This document shows positions 1-9,794 of a stretch of 64,000 nucleotides of DNA, in pieces. The position numbers and the translations under genes were made by a program. The notes beneath the pieces are model-generated. The model did not search any database and was not told where the DNA came from. It saw nothing but the letters and a program-made list of their open reading frames with translations. This DNA is from Diplonema japonicum. Taxonomy: Eukaryota; Protista; Euglenozoa: Diplonemea. How positions within the stretch are numbered: the first letter of the stretch is position 1; every line of letters begins with the position of its first letter. The DNA is taken from NCBI GenBank assembly GCA_964019335.1, contig OZ025667.1, forward strand, positions 434,001 to 498,000, read 5' to 3'.

Positions 1-7
1 ATAGATT

Positions 8-1882
8 TCATGAGGAAAGTGAATAATAACCGATACGGTGGACTAACGGGGTTTTGATGGGGTGGCCCTTTGCACTGCCGTGTAGGATGTCAAGACACCT
101 CTTGCATATGTACGAAGCCACAGCCACGTGTTGGCTGTTGGACATCAAGAATTCAGCACAGTTTCCCATGCACAACTCACATTTCACAACTGGGATCGGA
201 GCAGTGAAGAGACACCGCGGCATCGGTATTGCTGTGTCTAGATCCTGCGACAGCCGCACAACTTGCATTCTGTGGTCACATTTCCCATGGTGTCGATAGA
301 GCAGGGTCTCGCCGAGACCAACCTTGAGCTCGCTCCAGCAGCTGCTCAAGGCTGCTCTGTTCTTTTCCTGCCACTTACTACTGCTGGCTATAATTGGTGC
401 AACGTAGTCAACACAGCCTTCTTCTTCATTCGAGTAAAAAGTGTTGCCAGCATAAAGGAAGCCAGTAGCATCTCTCCCGTGGACCGTCTCCTGCATATCT
501 CTCAATGGACAGCTGAGTGTGCGTAACAGTATTTTCAACTCTTGATTAGACCTTGCTTCATAAACTCGCGCCACCTTACCAGTCACTTGACAATAGACGG
601 CAATCTCTAAGATGAACGCCGTCGGCGCATTATCTTCAGCGCATTTTAAGTATTCCGTCGCAGCAGGCAAGGGATGGACAGGCAAGGGATGGACACCTGC
701 AAAGGTGGCCATTTTTGTCATGTTAGACTTTTGCTTATGGACTTCGAGGACGGCCTCCACGGTCGGTGTTGGGAACTTTTTGTACTGCCATTCATAGAAC
801 GTATGCCCTGTTTTCTGTGCATTTAAAGCTTTGCTTTGCTTGTCCGATAGCCGCTGCTCTGCGAGATAGTCCTCTCCTGTCGCAGGCACAAGTACTGGGG
901 TCATGACATCTAAGATATCTTGTACTTCTTCGTCATCCGTCACAAAGTCTTGAAGGTTGATACCATCCGTGAGTTCGTTCCAGTAAGCTGCCAATGTATG
1001 TGTTTCCTCAAAAGAAGGAAATGCAGTAGCTGGCTCGTCCGAGTGTGCGAGCAAAGGTGAGGGAAGGCCAGGTGATCGCAGTGCCTCATGAGGTACCCTT
1101 GCCATGGCGGCGAGCGGAGATCCGATTGGACCAAGCAACCCATTCATACCCACAGCAGGCGAGGGAAGAACAGGCGCTTCTCCTGGGGATGCAAGTGGTT
1201 CATGCGCTGGTGAATTGAATGCAGGTGGTAATTGTGGAGCGCCTGTATTAGGCGATCCTATGGTGCCAACAGGTGGCTCTTCACCTGTGGTAGGTGATCC
1301 GATCGCATCGCAAGGTGTAGCAACAGATGGCCCCAGCGGGGATGCAAGTGGTGAAGTAAGAGCAGGTGGGTCAAGAGCTGTACCTGTGGCATCCTGGTGA
1401 AACGGTAGGTCATCAGAATCATCGGCTGATAGCTCGTCCACTGATGAGTCATCACTCAAGTCTCCAAAGAACTGCTGGGCGAATTCCCGCCCTACGGGTG
1501 TCAACTCCTCTTGCAGCTCTTGCTGCACAGCTGGGGTTGCTGGAAGCTCCGGGGGCATTTGTGGTAGAGGAGTCTGCGCGCTGCTCACTCTGCGTGTGGG
1601 CCGCCTCCTTGCTGTTGATTTGGTCAACGGGGCAGGTTGAGTCACTTCCTGAGGAGTTAATTCTGCTTCTTGCATCTCTTGTGTAACTATCACTTCAGCC
1701 CTTTCAGGCGTGGAAGCCTTAACTACCTTCCTCCTCTTGACCACTGGCTGTGTCACATCTTCAGCGGTGTCAACGGCCGTACCGTCATGAACAATGTCAT
1801 CCTCTTCCTCCCTATCTTCTTTGAGCAGTGCTTCTAAACGACAGAATACACCCCCGTTCCTGCTGTCGTCATCTTCTTGCAT
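8..1882 (-). CDS. SNAPC3: snRNA-activating protein complex subunit 3 (SNAP50) with long acidic/Pro-rich N-terminal extension
   Basis: C-terminal motifs GFLYAGNTFY, VDY-x-APII, LLYRHHGKCDHRM, CELC...CKRCLDILH match the SNAP50 C-terminal zinc-finger region. Start placed at MQEDDD (ATG 1882), just after a CAG acceptor. Confidence 0.8.
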   Translation of the reverse strand: MQEDDDSRNGGVFCRLEALLKEDREEEDDIVHDGTAVDTAEDVTQPVVKRRKVVKASTPERAEVIVTQEMQEAELTPQEVTQPAPLTKSTARRRPTRRVSSAQTPLPQMPPELPATPAVQQELQEELTPVGREFAQQFFGDLSDDSSVDELSADDSDDLPFHQDATGTALDPPALTSPLASPLGPSVATPCDAIGSPTTGEEPPVGTIGSPNTGAPQLPPAFNSPAHEPLASPGEAPVLPSPAVGMNGLLGPIGSPLAAMARVPHEALRSPGLPSPLLAHSDEPATAFPSFEETHTLAAYWNELTDGINLQDFVTDDEEVQDILDVMTPVLVPATGEDYLAEQRLSDKQSKALNAQKTGHTFYEWQYKKFPTPTVEAVLEVHKQKSNMTKMATFAGVHPLPVHPLPAATEYLKCAEDNAPTAFILEIAVYCQVTGKVARVYEARSNQELKILLRTLSCPLRDMQETVHGRDATGFLYAGNTFYSNEEEGCVDYVAPIIASSSKWQEKNRAALSSCWSELKVGLGETLLYRHHGKCDHRMQVVRLSQDLDTAIPMPRCLFTAPIPVVKCELCMGNCAEFLMSNSQHVAVASYICKRCLDILHGSAKGHPIKTPLVHRIGYYSLSS

Positions 1883-1968
1883 CTCAAACTGAGTGGTTAA
1901 ATTAGGGACATAGGGACATAGCATCGAAATAGACTAAGTAGTGTAAACAGCCTAATACTAAAGATCAA

Positions 1969-2784
1969 TTATAATATAGTACACGTGTTGCAGTGTTTTT
2001 CTTGCTCGTACTCTTCGTCTTTTTTCCGCAACTGGTTTATTTCTGTTTTCAGAGTGCTCATCTGGTCCCGCAACTCTTCCTCTTGTTCCAACGACTGTTT
2101 CAGCGAGGACATGCGTGTGTCTTGCCTCAGCAGGTCGCATCTGAGGGTCTCATAATCTGACAGCAGCGCTTCGTACTTGCGTGCCAAAGTGTTTACATGT
2201 GCCCGTTTGGACCGCATCACTGATGACTGCGCCTGCATCTCAGCATACAACTTCGTAAGATCTTTTCGGAGTAGCACAACGTCAGCGGGACCATCCACGT
2301 TATCGAAGCTCTGGTTCATGCTCTTGCCAGACAGCGATCCCAGCAGCAAAGGAGGCACAACAGGAGTGGAGGTGCAATTTACGATGGAAGGAGATCCCAG
2401 AGCATGTGACCTAGTCATGATGAAAGCGGTTTTGAGATACGACTTCGGAAAGTTAGCTGCCTTGATATGTAGTTTTCCCGTCTTCTTCTTACCCTCCAAT
2501 CTCTCTTCGTACTCTAATGGCCACAGCAGCTTTTTCACTACGCCATGCTCTTTTTCGATTACTTTCAGAGATATGGCTCTTTCCTTCTTTTCCTCGCCCG
2601 GGCCTCCCACCTGCACGCCTCGTATCTGTGTCTCGTGACCCCAATGGACTGTGTTGTTGACCACATCTTTCCACTTCGTTGTGCCGCTCTCTTTTTTGTA
2701 GCCCCACTCGATGCGGTACTGCGACCCACCACTTACTCCTTCGACAAACAGTTCCTTAATCAACAGCACGACATCTACTTGCAT
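1969..2784 (-). CDS. NT-type C2 domain protein with coiled coil and C-terminal CaaX (EEIG1/EHBP1-like)
   Basis: N-terminal YRIEW...SGTT...VNNTVHW pattern of NT-C2, then a heptad-rich C-terminal half. Ends in CTIL (geranylgeranylation-type CaaX). Confidence 0.6.
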   Translation of the reverse strand: MQVDVVLLIKELFVEGVSGGSQYRIEWGYKKESGTTKWKDVVNNTVHWGHETQIRGVQVGGPGEEKKERAISLKVIEKEHGVVKKLLWPLEYEERLEGKKKTGKLHIKAANFPKSYLKTAFIMTRSHALGSPSIVNCTSTPVVPPLLLGSLSGKSMNQSFDNVDGPADVVLLRKDLTKLYAEMQAQSSVMRSKRAHVNTLARKYEALLSDYETLRCDLLRQDTRMSSLKQSLEQEEELRDQMSTLKTEINQLRKKDEEYEQEKHCNTCTIL

Positions 2785-3280
2785 GGTGTACTGGTGGTGT
2801 CAGGTGTAAGAAGGAGAAAAGGTACAAAAGACACTAAACTGGGCAGTGAATGCAAAGAGCAGAAGAATTAGCATTCCCGACATTACTTGATACAGGGGCC
2901 CACCCGTCTCTTGCTTGTTTCTTAACAAAAATCAAACCTTTGCAAACCACAGGAAATAAGCAACAGGGTGTGCTCATAATGAGCCACTTAATATCTAGAT
3001 TACTCAGCCCACCATCGCTACTGAGATGAAGGGAAGGGATCTTAGCCCAGTTGGGCATCAATAACTGAACAGAACAGAACAGAACATGGATCAAGAACGA
3101 AATCATGCACCACCACCTGTGGTTAACAGGAACACTCAATACGATATGCTTTAAGAGAAAGGTCAACTTTATCGCCAAAAGACAATAGCAATACCCGAGG
3201 TATATCGGCAACAGCATTAAGCGTGCAAGGCATGAAGCACCAGTGACACGATGGAATACTCCAAAGTGGATGAAGTTAGC

Positions 3281-4276
3281 CTACTTCCTCTTGTTCATGG
3301 ACCCTGCCCAGGCAAGGTATGTCGCAAATGCTTGGAATCCCGAGAAGGGGTGCCGAAAGCACAGTTGGCATATGTTAGGTGATTCGTACGCGATAGTAAG
3401 GGAGGGTGTCGAAGCGGAGGTGTGGAAACTAACTGCTGTCGAGGGTTTGCGCGGGGGCACTGGGAGGTCAAAGGGCGACGTAGATGACGTGGCACGTACT
3501 ACTCCAGCTGGGAGAGGGGTATTGGTGTCAAGGTACTTATCAAGATCAACTGCACCACCTACCTGGCGGTCGGTACCAATGAATACAATGACATCTCCAG
3601 CCGCCGACATCGTACCGATCCGTGTGTTCTTCTTTGCGTGCTTCTTTACGTCAATAAGCTGTCGTTTTCCAGAATACCATTCTTCGTCAAGCACCATGGG
3701 AACCAGCTGCGGGTCGGCGAGGTTCTCAGGACCACTGCTGACAACATATGACTTTTGAAAGCAGCATCCGCCGCGTGCTTTCCAAGCATGACAAAGAAAC
3801 GAAAGGTTCGAAGCCAGCCGGAGGACCAGTCTCTCGCCACACACATCGACCTGGCACCGCACCCATTCACATGTCGCAGGAGGTGCTACGTTCATATAAT
3901 TTTTTTTATCGTTACTCTCCAGCCAGTCTATATTCCCAGACGTCTCGAGAGTCGGGCTCGAGACTTCTTTGTATGATTCAGGCGGCCCAGGTGGAGTAGG
4001 CTTCCCACTGGGTGGTATTCCATTCCTCCAGAGCCTCACGCTTTCTCTTTTCTGCAGCCTACTCGCGGTGTTTAAGTCAGTGTTAACAGAATACAGAGCA
4101 CCATCCTTACCCATTTCCTCGTATTGCAACTGCGCTAGAGTGTCTTCTCTTAGCAAGACACCAGAACCTTCCGTGGGTCCTAATACCGGGTCATCTTGCT
4201 TCACATCGTCCTCATCTTTTTCAGTACCGCATGTCACGGTGCGCATGCTCTCCGCATCTCTGTCGGGGTTCTCCAT
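3281..4276 (-). CDS. Divergent Tubby C-terminal domain-like protein
   Basis: Terminal FRHPFSGFQAFATYLAW resembles the Tubby signature FRYPLSPLQAFAICL. Start MENPD lies after TCACAG. Confidence 0.5.
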   Translation of the reverse strand: MENPDRDAESMRTVTCGTEKDEDDVKQDDPVLGPTEGSGVLLREDTLAQLQYEEMGKDGALYSVNTDLNTASRLQKRESVRLWRNGIPPSGKPTPPGPPESYKEVSSPTLETSGNIDWLESNDKKNYMNVAPPATCEWVRCQVDVCGERLVLRLASNLSFLCHAWKARGGCCFQKSYVVSSGPENLADPQLVPMVLDEEWYSGKRQLIDVKKHAKKNTRIGTMSAAGDVIVFIGTDRQVGGAVDLDKYLDTNTPLPAGVVRATSSTSPFDLPVPPRKPSTAVSFHTSASTPSLTIAYESPNICQLCFRHPFSGFQAFATYLAWAGSMNKRK

Positions 4277-4357
4277 CTTGTCCTGTGATGGGTGGGAAGG
4301 AATCAGTTTAAAGTGGATATCCTGTAATAGATTGAAGTGACTTATCAAAGCCACATT

Positions 4358-6127
4358 TTACGAGATGTGCCAAGGGATTCGTGCTGGCATGCTTACTTGC
4401 CTGTCAGTACACTGGGTGGCATTCGCCTGGGGAGTGCCGCCAATGTGTTCGGCCAGCATGCGAACTTCTTGCGGGGTTTTGGGATCATTGGTCAACTTAC
4501 GTAAGAAATTTACCTGTGTCTTATCAAGCTTCTTGTCATGGGGTTTTACGAGTGTTGCCAGGTGAGTACACAACTCAGACGGGTAGCTGGATAGTTGGCA
4601 AAGACACCTGAGGATTGACACGGTTACGTCTGGAGAAGTAGTCATAGGCAGAGTACAGGCCTTGCTGTGCAATGCTATGGGAGGCTGTACGCGCACATGA
4701 ACAAAGGATTTATACAACTGCACAATCTGTCCGGGCGACATGTGCGTGTCACTGATTCTAGCGCATGTCTTCTCCAGCAACTGTTTGTAAGCTGTAGAGG
4801 AAAGCCCCGTAAGTCCTTTTAACAGCTCGAGGCATACTGTGAAGTCCCTGTCGTCGACATGCTGGACAAGCTCTATAAAGAAGCTGTCTGGGTACACGAA
4901 ACCGCTTTTTTTGATAGTTTTGATCAACAGCACAAGATCATCTTTGCTGAACTTGCCTGCAGTAATGGCTTGCTGAAGCAGCTCTCGAGCATTTTTGGTG
5001 AAGGCTCCGTTGCCATACTCCAGCAGCAGCCACGCGGTGTCAACCATATCTGCACTTGCTTTCACGTACTGAAGGAGTGCTTCAATTAACTCCCGGGAGA
5101 GATAACCCGTGATACCGAAAGTTTTGATAATTGCCGCAAGCTTGTTGTAGGGCAAGCTGACCTTGCCACTATTCAGCTGAGCGATGGTGAAATCACGTAT
5201 ACGTTGGTAGTCAGAGGCGGCGCCGACACGCACCATGCCGTACATGGCTGAAACCATGAACAAGTCCAAAGAAGGCCTAGTGCTGGGAAATAGCTCTTTG
5301 TTGACTCGTGCCTGGACAGAAGGCCCTAAGCTAACAGACCTCAGCAAAGGAAGTACATCCAGCAGCCTGAGCAGCTCGTTTTTCTTCATGGAAGAGGCTA
5401 ACCTCTCAAATAAATCAAGCAGCACCTGTGCATGGACACTGTGTTGTATTTGTGAGCAAACCCAGAGCGACTTCAGCAATGCGTCTACAGAACGCGCTAC
5501 AGGTCTAGTGTTGCGGAATGTCTGTTCTTGAAGAGCGTGCGTGTAGCTCCTCAGGACAGCCAAGCTCCATGTGCATCGCGAGTAGTCTGTGAATAGCAGA
5601 GCACGTTGCGTGATGATGCGGGTCTTCAAGTGGTTCACTAAAGATGGTGAATGGACCTTGAGCGTGGCAGCAGCCCACGCCAGATTAGAGGCAACAGTCG
5701 CATCACTGGAGTAGATATGCGTGCTTGTGGCCTTGGCAACCCATTGCCAAGACACAGTGGCGTCAGCCCTTAGAAACACCAATGCCCATGCTACGTTACT
5801 CAAATGCGTTGTCTCGATTTTATGCGTTAGATACTGCTTGTGGTGGTTCATCAGGCCGTCAACATCGACCTTCAGCCGTAGTTTCCCTGCGCTCCACAGC
5901 AGCCTGGCAGCACCTTCAAAGCCTATCGTTTTGTCGTTTTTTGCAATTTCGAATAACGATCCCACATCCCCCCGATGCTCTTGCTTGGCTAAGGCACAAA
6001 GAGCATCCACCGCAAGAGCCCCGTTTCCTTTCTGCACCTTTAACTTAATTCTTTCTAAAATATTTTGTGCATTTCTCTTAAGGCGCTGCTTCGCGAGGTC
6101 TTTGATGAGCAGCTGAACTTTAGCCAT
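4358..6127 (-). CDS. Helical-repeat (OPR/HPR/FASTK-like) protein, probably organellar RNA-binding
   Basis: Repeated LSNVAWAL / ASNLAWAA / SRCTWSLA / LKSLWVC motifs at ~36-38 aa spacing in a ~590-aa ORF. Confidence 0.55.
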   Translation of the reverse strand: MAKVQLLIKDLAKQRLKRNAQNILERIKLKVQKGNGALAVDALCALAKQEHRGDVGSLFEIAKNDKTIGFEGAARLLWSAGKLRLKVDVDGLMNHHKQYLTHKIETTHLSNVAWALVFLRADATVSWQWVAKATSTHIYSSDATVASNLAWAAATLKVHSPSLVNHLKTRIITQRALLFTDYSRCTWSLAVLRSYTHALQEQTFRNTRPVARSVDALLKSLWVCSQIQHSVHAQVLLDLFERLASSMKKNELLRLLDVLPLLRSVSLGPSVQARVNKELFPSTRPSLDLFMVSAMYGMVRVGAASDYQRIRDFTIAQLNSGKVSLPYNKLAAIIKTFGITGYLSRELIEALLQYVKASADMVDTAWLLLEYGNGAFTKNARELLQQAITAGKFSKDDLVLLIKTIKKSGFVYPDSFFIELVQHVDDRDFTVCLELLKGLTGLSSTAYKQLLEKTCARISDTHMSPGQIVQLYKSFVHVRVQPPIALHSKACTLPMTTSPDVTVSILRCLCQLSSYPSELCTHLATLVKPHDKKLDKTQVNFLRKLTNDPKTPQEVRMLAEHIGGTPQANATQCTDRQVSMPARIPWHIS

Positions 6128-6239
6128 GAGCTGTAGTGCATACAGGAAAGAATGCTTACGCGGCAAATAAGCATAAGCAGCAGAACACAGAATAATAGAA
6201 GTAAAAAAGGAAAGAAAAAAAAGGAAACAAATAAGAACT

Positions 6240-7568
6240 TCAATCTATAATCCGCATCAAGAGGGCTGCATTGGGGACGAGGTTAGCCCCTTCCAGGGTT
6301 TGGGAGTCGTCGGTAAAGGTGATGCGAGGGTAGGCGGTGAGGAGCTCGAAGGTTTTGTGTGCGTGAGGGGCTTTGAGGTGTTTTGATACGATGGCCCTTA
6401 CCTCGCCAATGGTCGATGTTGGATGAAGCTTGGCCACAACCTTCCCACCACCTACTATGCGCACCTGCAATGTGACTGTGCCTTGCTCGGTTCCTTCTTC
6501 GATGTCCTCCACCTCACCTGCGTCACCGGCCAGCACTTTCTTCACGTTCTCTCTCGGGTTTACTACCTTCCCCGCCGCTGTGATAACCTGTTTGGGGAGC
6601 TTATTCAGGAACGTCTCCTTTGACACAACTCTGTATCCTTCGCAGCCCTCCAGACCCTGCACCTGCGTGCTGGTCTCCGATGGCTTGGGTGTGCTCGTTT
6701 TGTCGACTGCCTTCAGTAGCATGCCAGCAGGGTATTTCTCATGATACTCATAAGGGAAATATCCATCAAGGACGTCGTCAACAAAGGCACGGCAAAGGGA
6801 CCAGTTGTAAGGTCGGAAGATGCCTCTGTCCACACATATGCCGTCCGAGTACAACACCACCTCCACTGCGTCGGGGTCTTTCAGCCTGCTCACGGCCCTC
6901 CCATCCGCCAGACGCTCTTCCGCGACGATGACCTTCTCGCCCGCAATCAGATTGAGTTCGGCCACCCGTTCCATGAACCTCTTGACAGAGAAGTAAATGT
7001 CACCCTCTTTGGGAGGTGAGGGAGGCGAATGTGTGACTACAGTTGTTTGCCACTGGAAAGTATCATCACCGTCACCCAGCAGAGACAGCTTCTTCTCGAT
7101 TTTTTCACCTTTTCCATTCTCGTCTCGCTGTGCTTTTGGCGAAGTTGCAGGCGAAGGCGAAGCGGACCCATTCTGCACAAGGGGGGATACTCGCCCGCTC
7201 CCCACCCACTGCAAACCTTGCTCTTTCAAGTATTGCGTCATCTCAATCACTTGAAGGGCTAGTTTAGAGTTTTGGATTTTGAGAACCTCCACCTCGTCAT
7301 TTTGTTCCGCTTGTCTTTTAAGCTTCAGTAACTCCTTGTCCTTAGTTGCCAGCTCTCTTCTGAACTCTAAATTAATCGTTTCTGCTTGCTTCAGCCTCTT
7401 AGCCATGCTCTGCAGCAAATCATCATCTGTGGAAGAGTCTCGTTGCGGTAGCTTTCCAGCGCCTCCAGCACCCTTTAGATCGCCATAAACAGCAGCCATG
7501 AGGTTGTCCAACTCATTCTGTCCAATCCCACCCCTGGACAGAAAGGGTTGAGGGTTGTATTTTGCCAT
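6240..7568 (-). CDS. UBXN11: UBX domain protein 11-like (coiled coil + SEP + UBX; p97 adaptor)
   Basis: EMTQYLKEQGLQWVG, LYSDGI...FRPY...DVLDGYFPYE, FLNKLPKQVI, and a C-terminal UBX (FELLTAYP...TLEGANLVPNAALL). Confidence 0.85.
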   Translation of the reverse strand: MAKYNPQPFLSRGGIGQNELDNLMAAVYGDLKGAGGAGKLPQRDSSTDDDLLQSMAKRLKQAETINLEFRRELATKDKELLKLKRQAEQNDEVEVLKIQNSKLALQVIEMTQYLKEQGLQWVGSGRVSPLVQNGSASPSPATSPKAQRDENGKGEKIEKKLSLLGDGDDTFQWQTTVVTHSPPSPPKEGDIYFSVKRFMERVAELNLIAGEKVIVAEERLADGRAVSRLKDPDAVEVVLYSDGICVDRGIFRPYNWSLCRAFVDDVLDGYFPYEYHEKYPAGMLLKAVDKTSTPKPSETSTQVQGLEGCEGYRVVSKETFLNKLPKQVITAAGKVVNPRENVKKVLAGDAGEVEDIEEGTEQGTVTLQVRIVGGGKVVAKLHPTSTIGEVRAIVSKHLKAPHAHKTFELLTAYPRITFTDDSQTLEGANLVPNAALLMRIID

Positions 7569-7682
7569 GTGTATGCCTATGGTGCGTGTTGATATGGTAC
7601 GAAGAGAGGGATGAACACTACAGTTACTGAGATAAGGGACGTGGGGACAGAGCTTAACTTATCGGCTGTCACTACTCTGATC

Positions 7683-8403
7683 TCATGCATCAGCAACTCC
7701 ACAGTCAGTGATTCTGATGTGCTCTACAGGCCTGTCGTTGTGGTCGGTCCCCTGCTGCTCAATCATTGTGACCACATCGATACCATTCACTACTTTTCCT
7801 ATCGCCACACACTTCCCTTGAAGGTGCGGTGCGGGCGCTGTTGTTATGAAGAATTGCGAAGCGTTGCGGTTTGGTGCCTCGACGGCCATTCCTGCAGTGT
7901 CCATTACCATAATACAAATACATACCCACTACACCCGCTTCGTCGAAGGGGAGCTCGTATGACTCATCCTCGAAGTACTTGTACCCAGAGAAGACACACC
8001 AGCCCCCTGTGCCGTCGTAGTGCTCGTTGTCACCGCCTTGGATCAGGAAACCCGGCAGCACGCGATGGAAGTTCGTATCTTTGTAATGCAAATTTCCAAC
8101 TTTCAAGCTCCTCTTTCTTGTCGCTGCTCCAGACACACCAAACGTTGAGTAGGTCCCTTTGCATAATGCCACAAAATTCTCAGCCGCTTTCGGTGTCACC
8201 TCTGAGTTCAACTGGATCACTATCTTCCCCAACGGGTTGCCCTTCCCTGCCTCTACATCTAGAAACACTTTCGGATTCGGGTTCATGCTCTGCAACAAGG
8301 GCGTCTCAGACGCTTCTAGCAGCTCCTCACCACCACCCCACAACGATACCCATCGCGTCTGCCTCTGCAGCAGCAGAGGGGCACTCAGTCTTCGCAGCAA
8401 CAT
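7683..8403 (-). CDS. Cyclophilin-type peptidyl-prolyl isomerase, probably mitochondrial; 2 exons
   Basis: VFLD, TPKAAENF, FHRVLPGFLIQGGD, NASQFFITT motifs. A 34-nt GTATG...CAG intron at 7892-7925 joins two ORFs (AGVVG|MAVEAPNRNASQFF). N-terminus is presequence-like. Confidence 0.92.
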
Positions 8404-8465
8404 CTACCTGTGTGAGTTCAAGTGAGGAAACGTGTCAAAAAAGAAGCCTCGGAATTGATACTAAA

Positions 8466-9722
8466 CTACTTCGATAAGTAAGGTATTTTCCCGTCACGGT
8501 ATGCACCCAGCTTCTTACCTTCCGGTGAATAGGTATCAGTGATGCTGTCGTCTACGCGCCACGTGTCGTATCCCTCGGGCACTGCGTCGGGCCGCGGGGG
8601 CAGGGCTTCGAGGCTCGTTGCCAATTCAAGATCTGAGATCTTTTGAGGGCTCTCGAATCTCGCGTACAAAGACACGTCTTCATTAAGTGCTTTTGTGATG
8701 TTGCTGGGGTACGAAGGCCCCTCGAAAGACTTCTTATCGGGGGGGTTGAAGGCCAGCCTAGATTGCCTGGAGCCAAGGTGCTCCGGAGAATAGTAGTCCA
8801 AGAGGACATCGTGCTCCTTTAGGTTCGGCACTGCCTCAATGAACTGTGAAAAAGACACAAGACCACCAGTGGTGTACATAGCATGACTAACAAGGTGCAG
8901 CAGAGCGAGGATCTCAGTGGAGTTGAACCATGATTCGGCATCATGCTTCCTGAGGTAACTAAGCGCCCCTCCTAACAAAATGTCGGCCGATCTGTTCCGT
9001 CCGTACTTTCTTGTATACCACCATGCGAGCACCAATTTTGCCTCGTGCCCCCAGTCCTCGGGAAGTAGTGTTTTCTCTCGGAAAGCATCAATCAGCAACT
9101 GCTCATTCATCAATATCGACGACACAGCCAGGGGCTCCGTGTATTTTGCTTCCGCGGAGATGACAGACTCCGTCTCGCCTATCACCATGTACTTGGAGGG
9201 TGTGATCTGAGTGACGCTGTTGACGTTCACAGCTATTGCAGTTGACCAGCTCCGGACTTCGTTCAAATTGTAGTCCTCCTGAGGCCACACGCCTGTCCGC
9301 GTCTGGGGCTCTCCTGAATCTGTAAAATAACGCTCCGTGGTGTGATAAGCAATGTGTGATGCTGCGGTGGGCAGCAGGTGCACCACAAGCTTATTCTTCA
9401 TCGGCGAGTAGGGCAGGGTGAAGCTGCATATCTTACGTGACGCGGTCGCCCTGCCCGCCTCCATGAAACCCTCCATGACACCCGTGCTGGAGTCACCAAT
9501 CAGCGAAAAATCCGGCACCGTACACTCTCTGCAGCCACTTTCGCTAACACCGCTTACAACGCTCACTGTCTGCTTCAAAGGAGCAAAGCTCCCCACTGCA
9601 CCTGGCAAATCTAATACAGAACTCCCATTTATACCCTGCCCTTTCGGCACTACCAGGCTCGTCCTGTCTGTTTGTATCGACGAGTAGACGAATCTCCTGC
9701 CAAACTTGTGTAGTGATCTCAT
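8466..9722 (-). CDS. Hypothetical protein, likely mitochondrial
   Basis: 418-aa ORF with a presequence-like start (MRSLHKFGRRF). The C-terminal helical domain ends YYS-x3-L-x-S-x3-R-x2-F-x-PPD. Confidence 0.7.
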   Translation of the reverse strand: MRSLHKFGRRFVYSSIQTDRTSLVVPKGQGINGSSVLDLPGAVGSFAPLKQTVSVVSGVSESGCRECTVPDFSLIGDSSTGVMEGFMEAGRATASRKICSFTLPYSPMKNKLVVHLLPTAASHIAYHTTERYFTDSGEPQTRTGVWPQEDYNLNEVRSWSTAIAVNVNSVTQITPSKYMVIGETESVISAEAKYTEPLAVSSILMNEQLLIDAFREKTLLPEDWGHEAKLVLAWWYTRKYGRNRSADILLGGALSYLRKHDAESWFNSTEILALLHLVSHAMYTTGGLVSFSQFIEAVPNLKEHDVLLDYYSPEHLGSRQSRLAFNPPDKKSFEGPSYPSNITKALNEDVSLYARFESPQKISDLELATSLEALPPRPDAVPEGYDTWRVDDSITDTYSPEGKKLGAYRDGKIPYLSK

Positions 9723-9794
9723 GTTACCTGTGTATTAAATAAGAGTATAGTATAGTAGTATATAATAGTAAAAGACTCAATGCAACAAAGCAAA

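Noticed and set aside
2834-3217. 127-aa minus-strand ORF
   Set aside because: TTG start, no recognisable motif and no typical acceptor-ATG context; cannot be supported.
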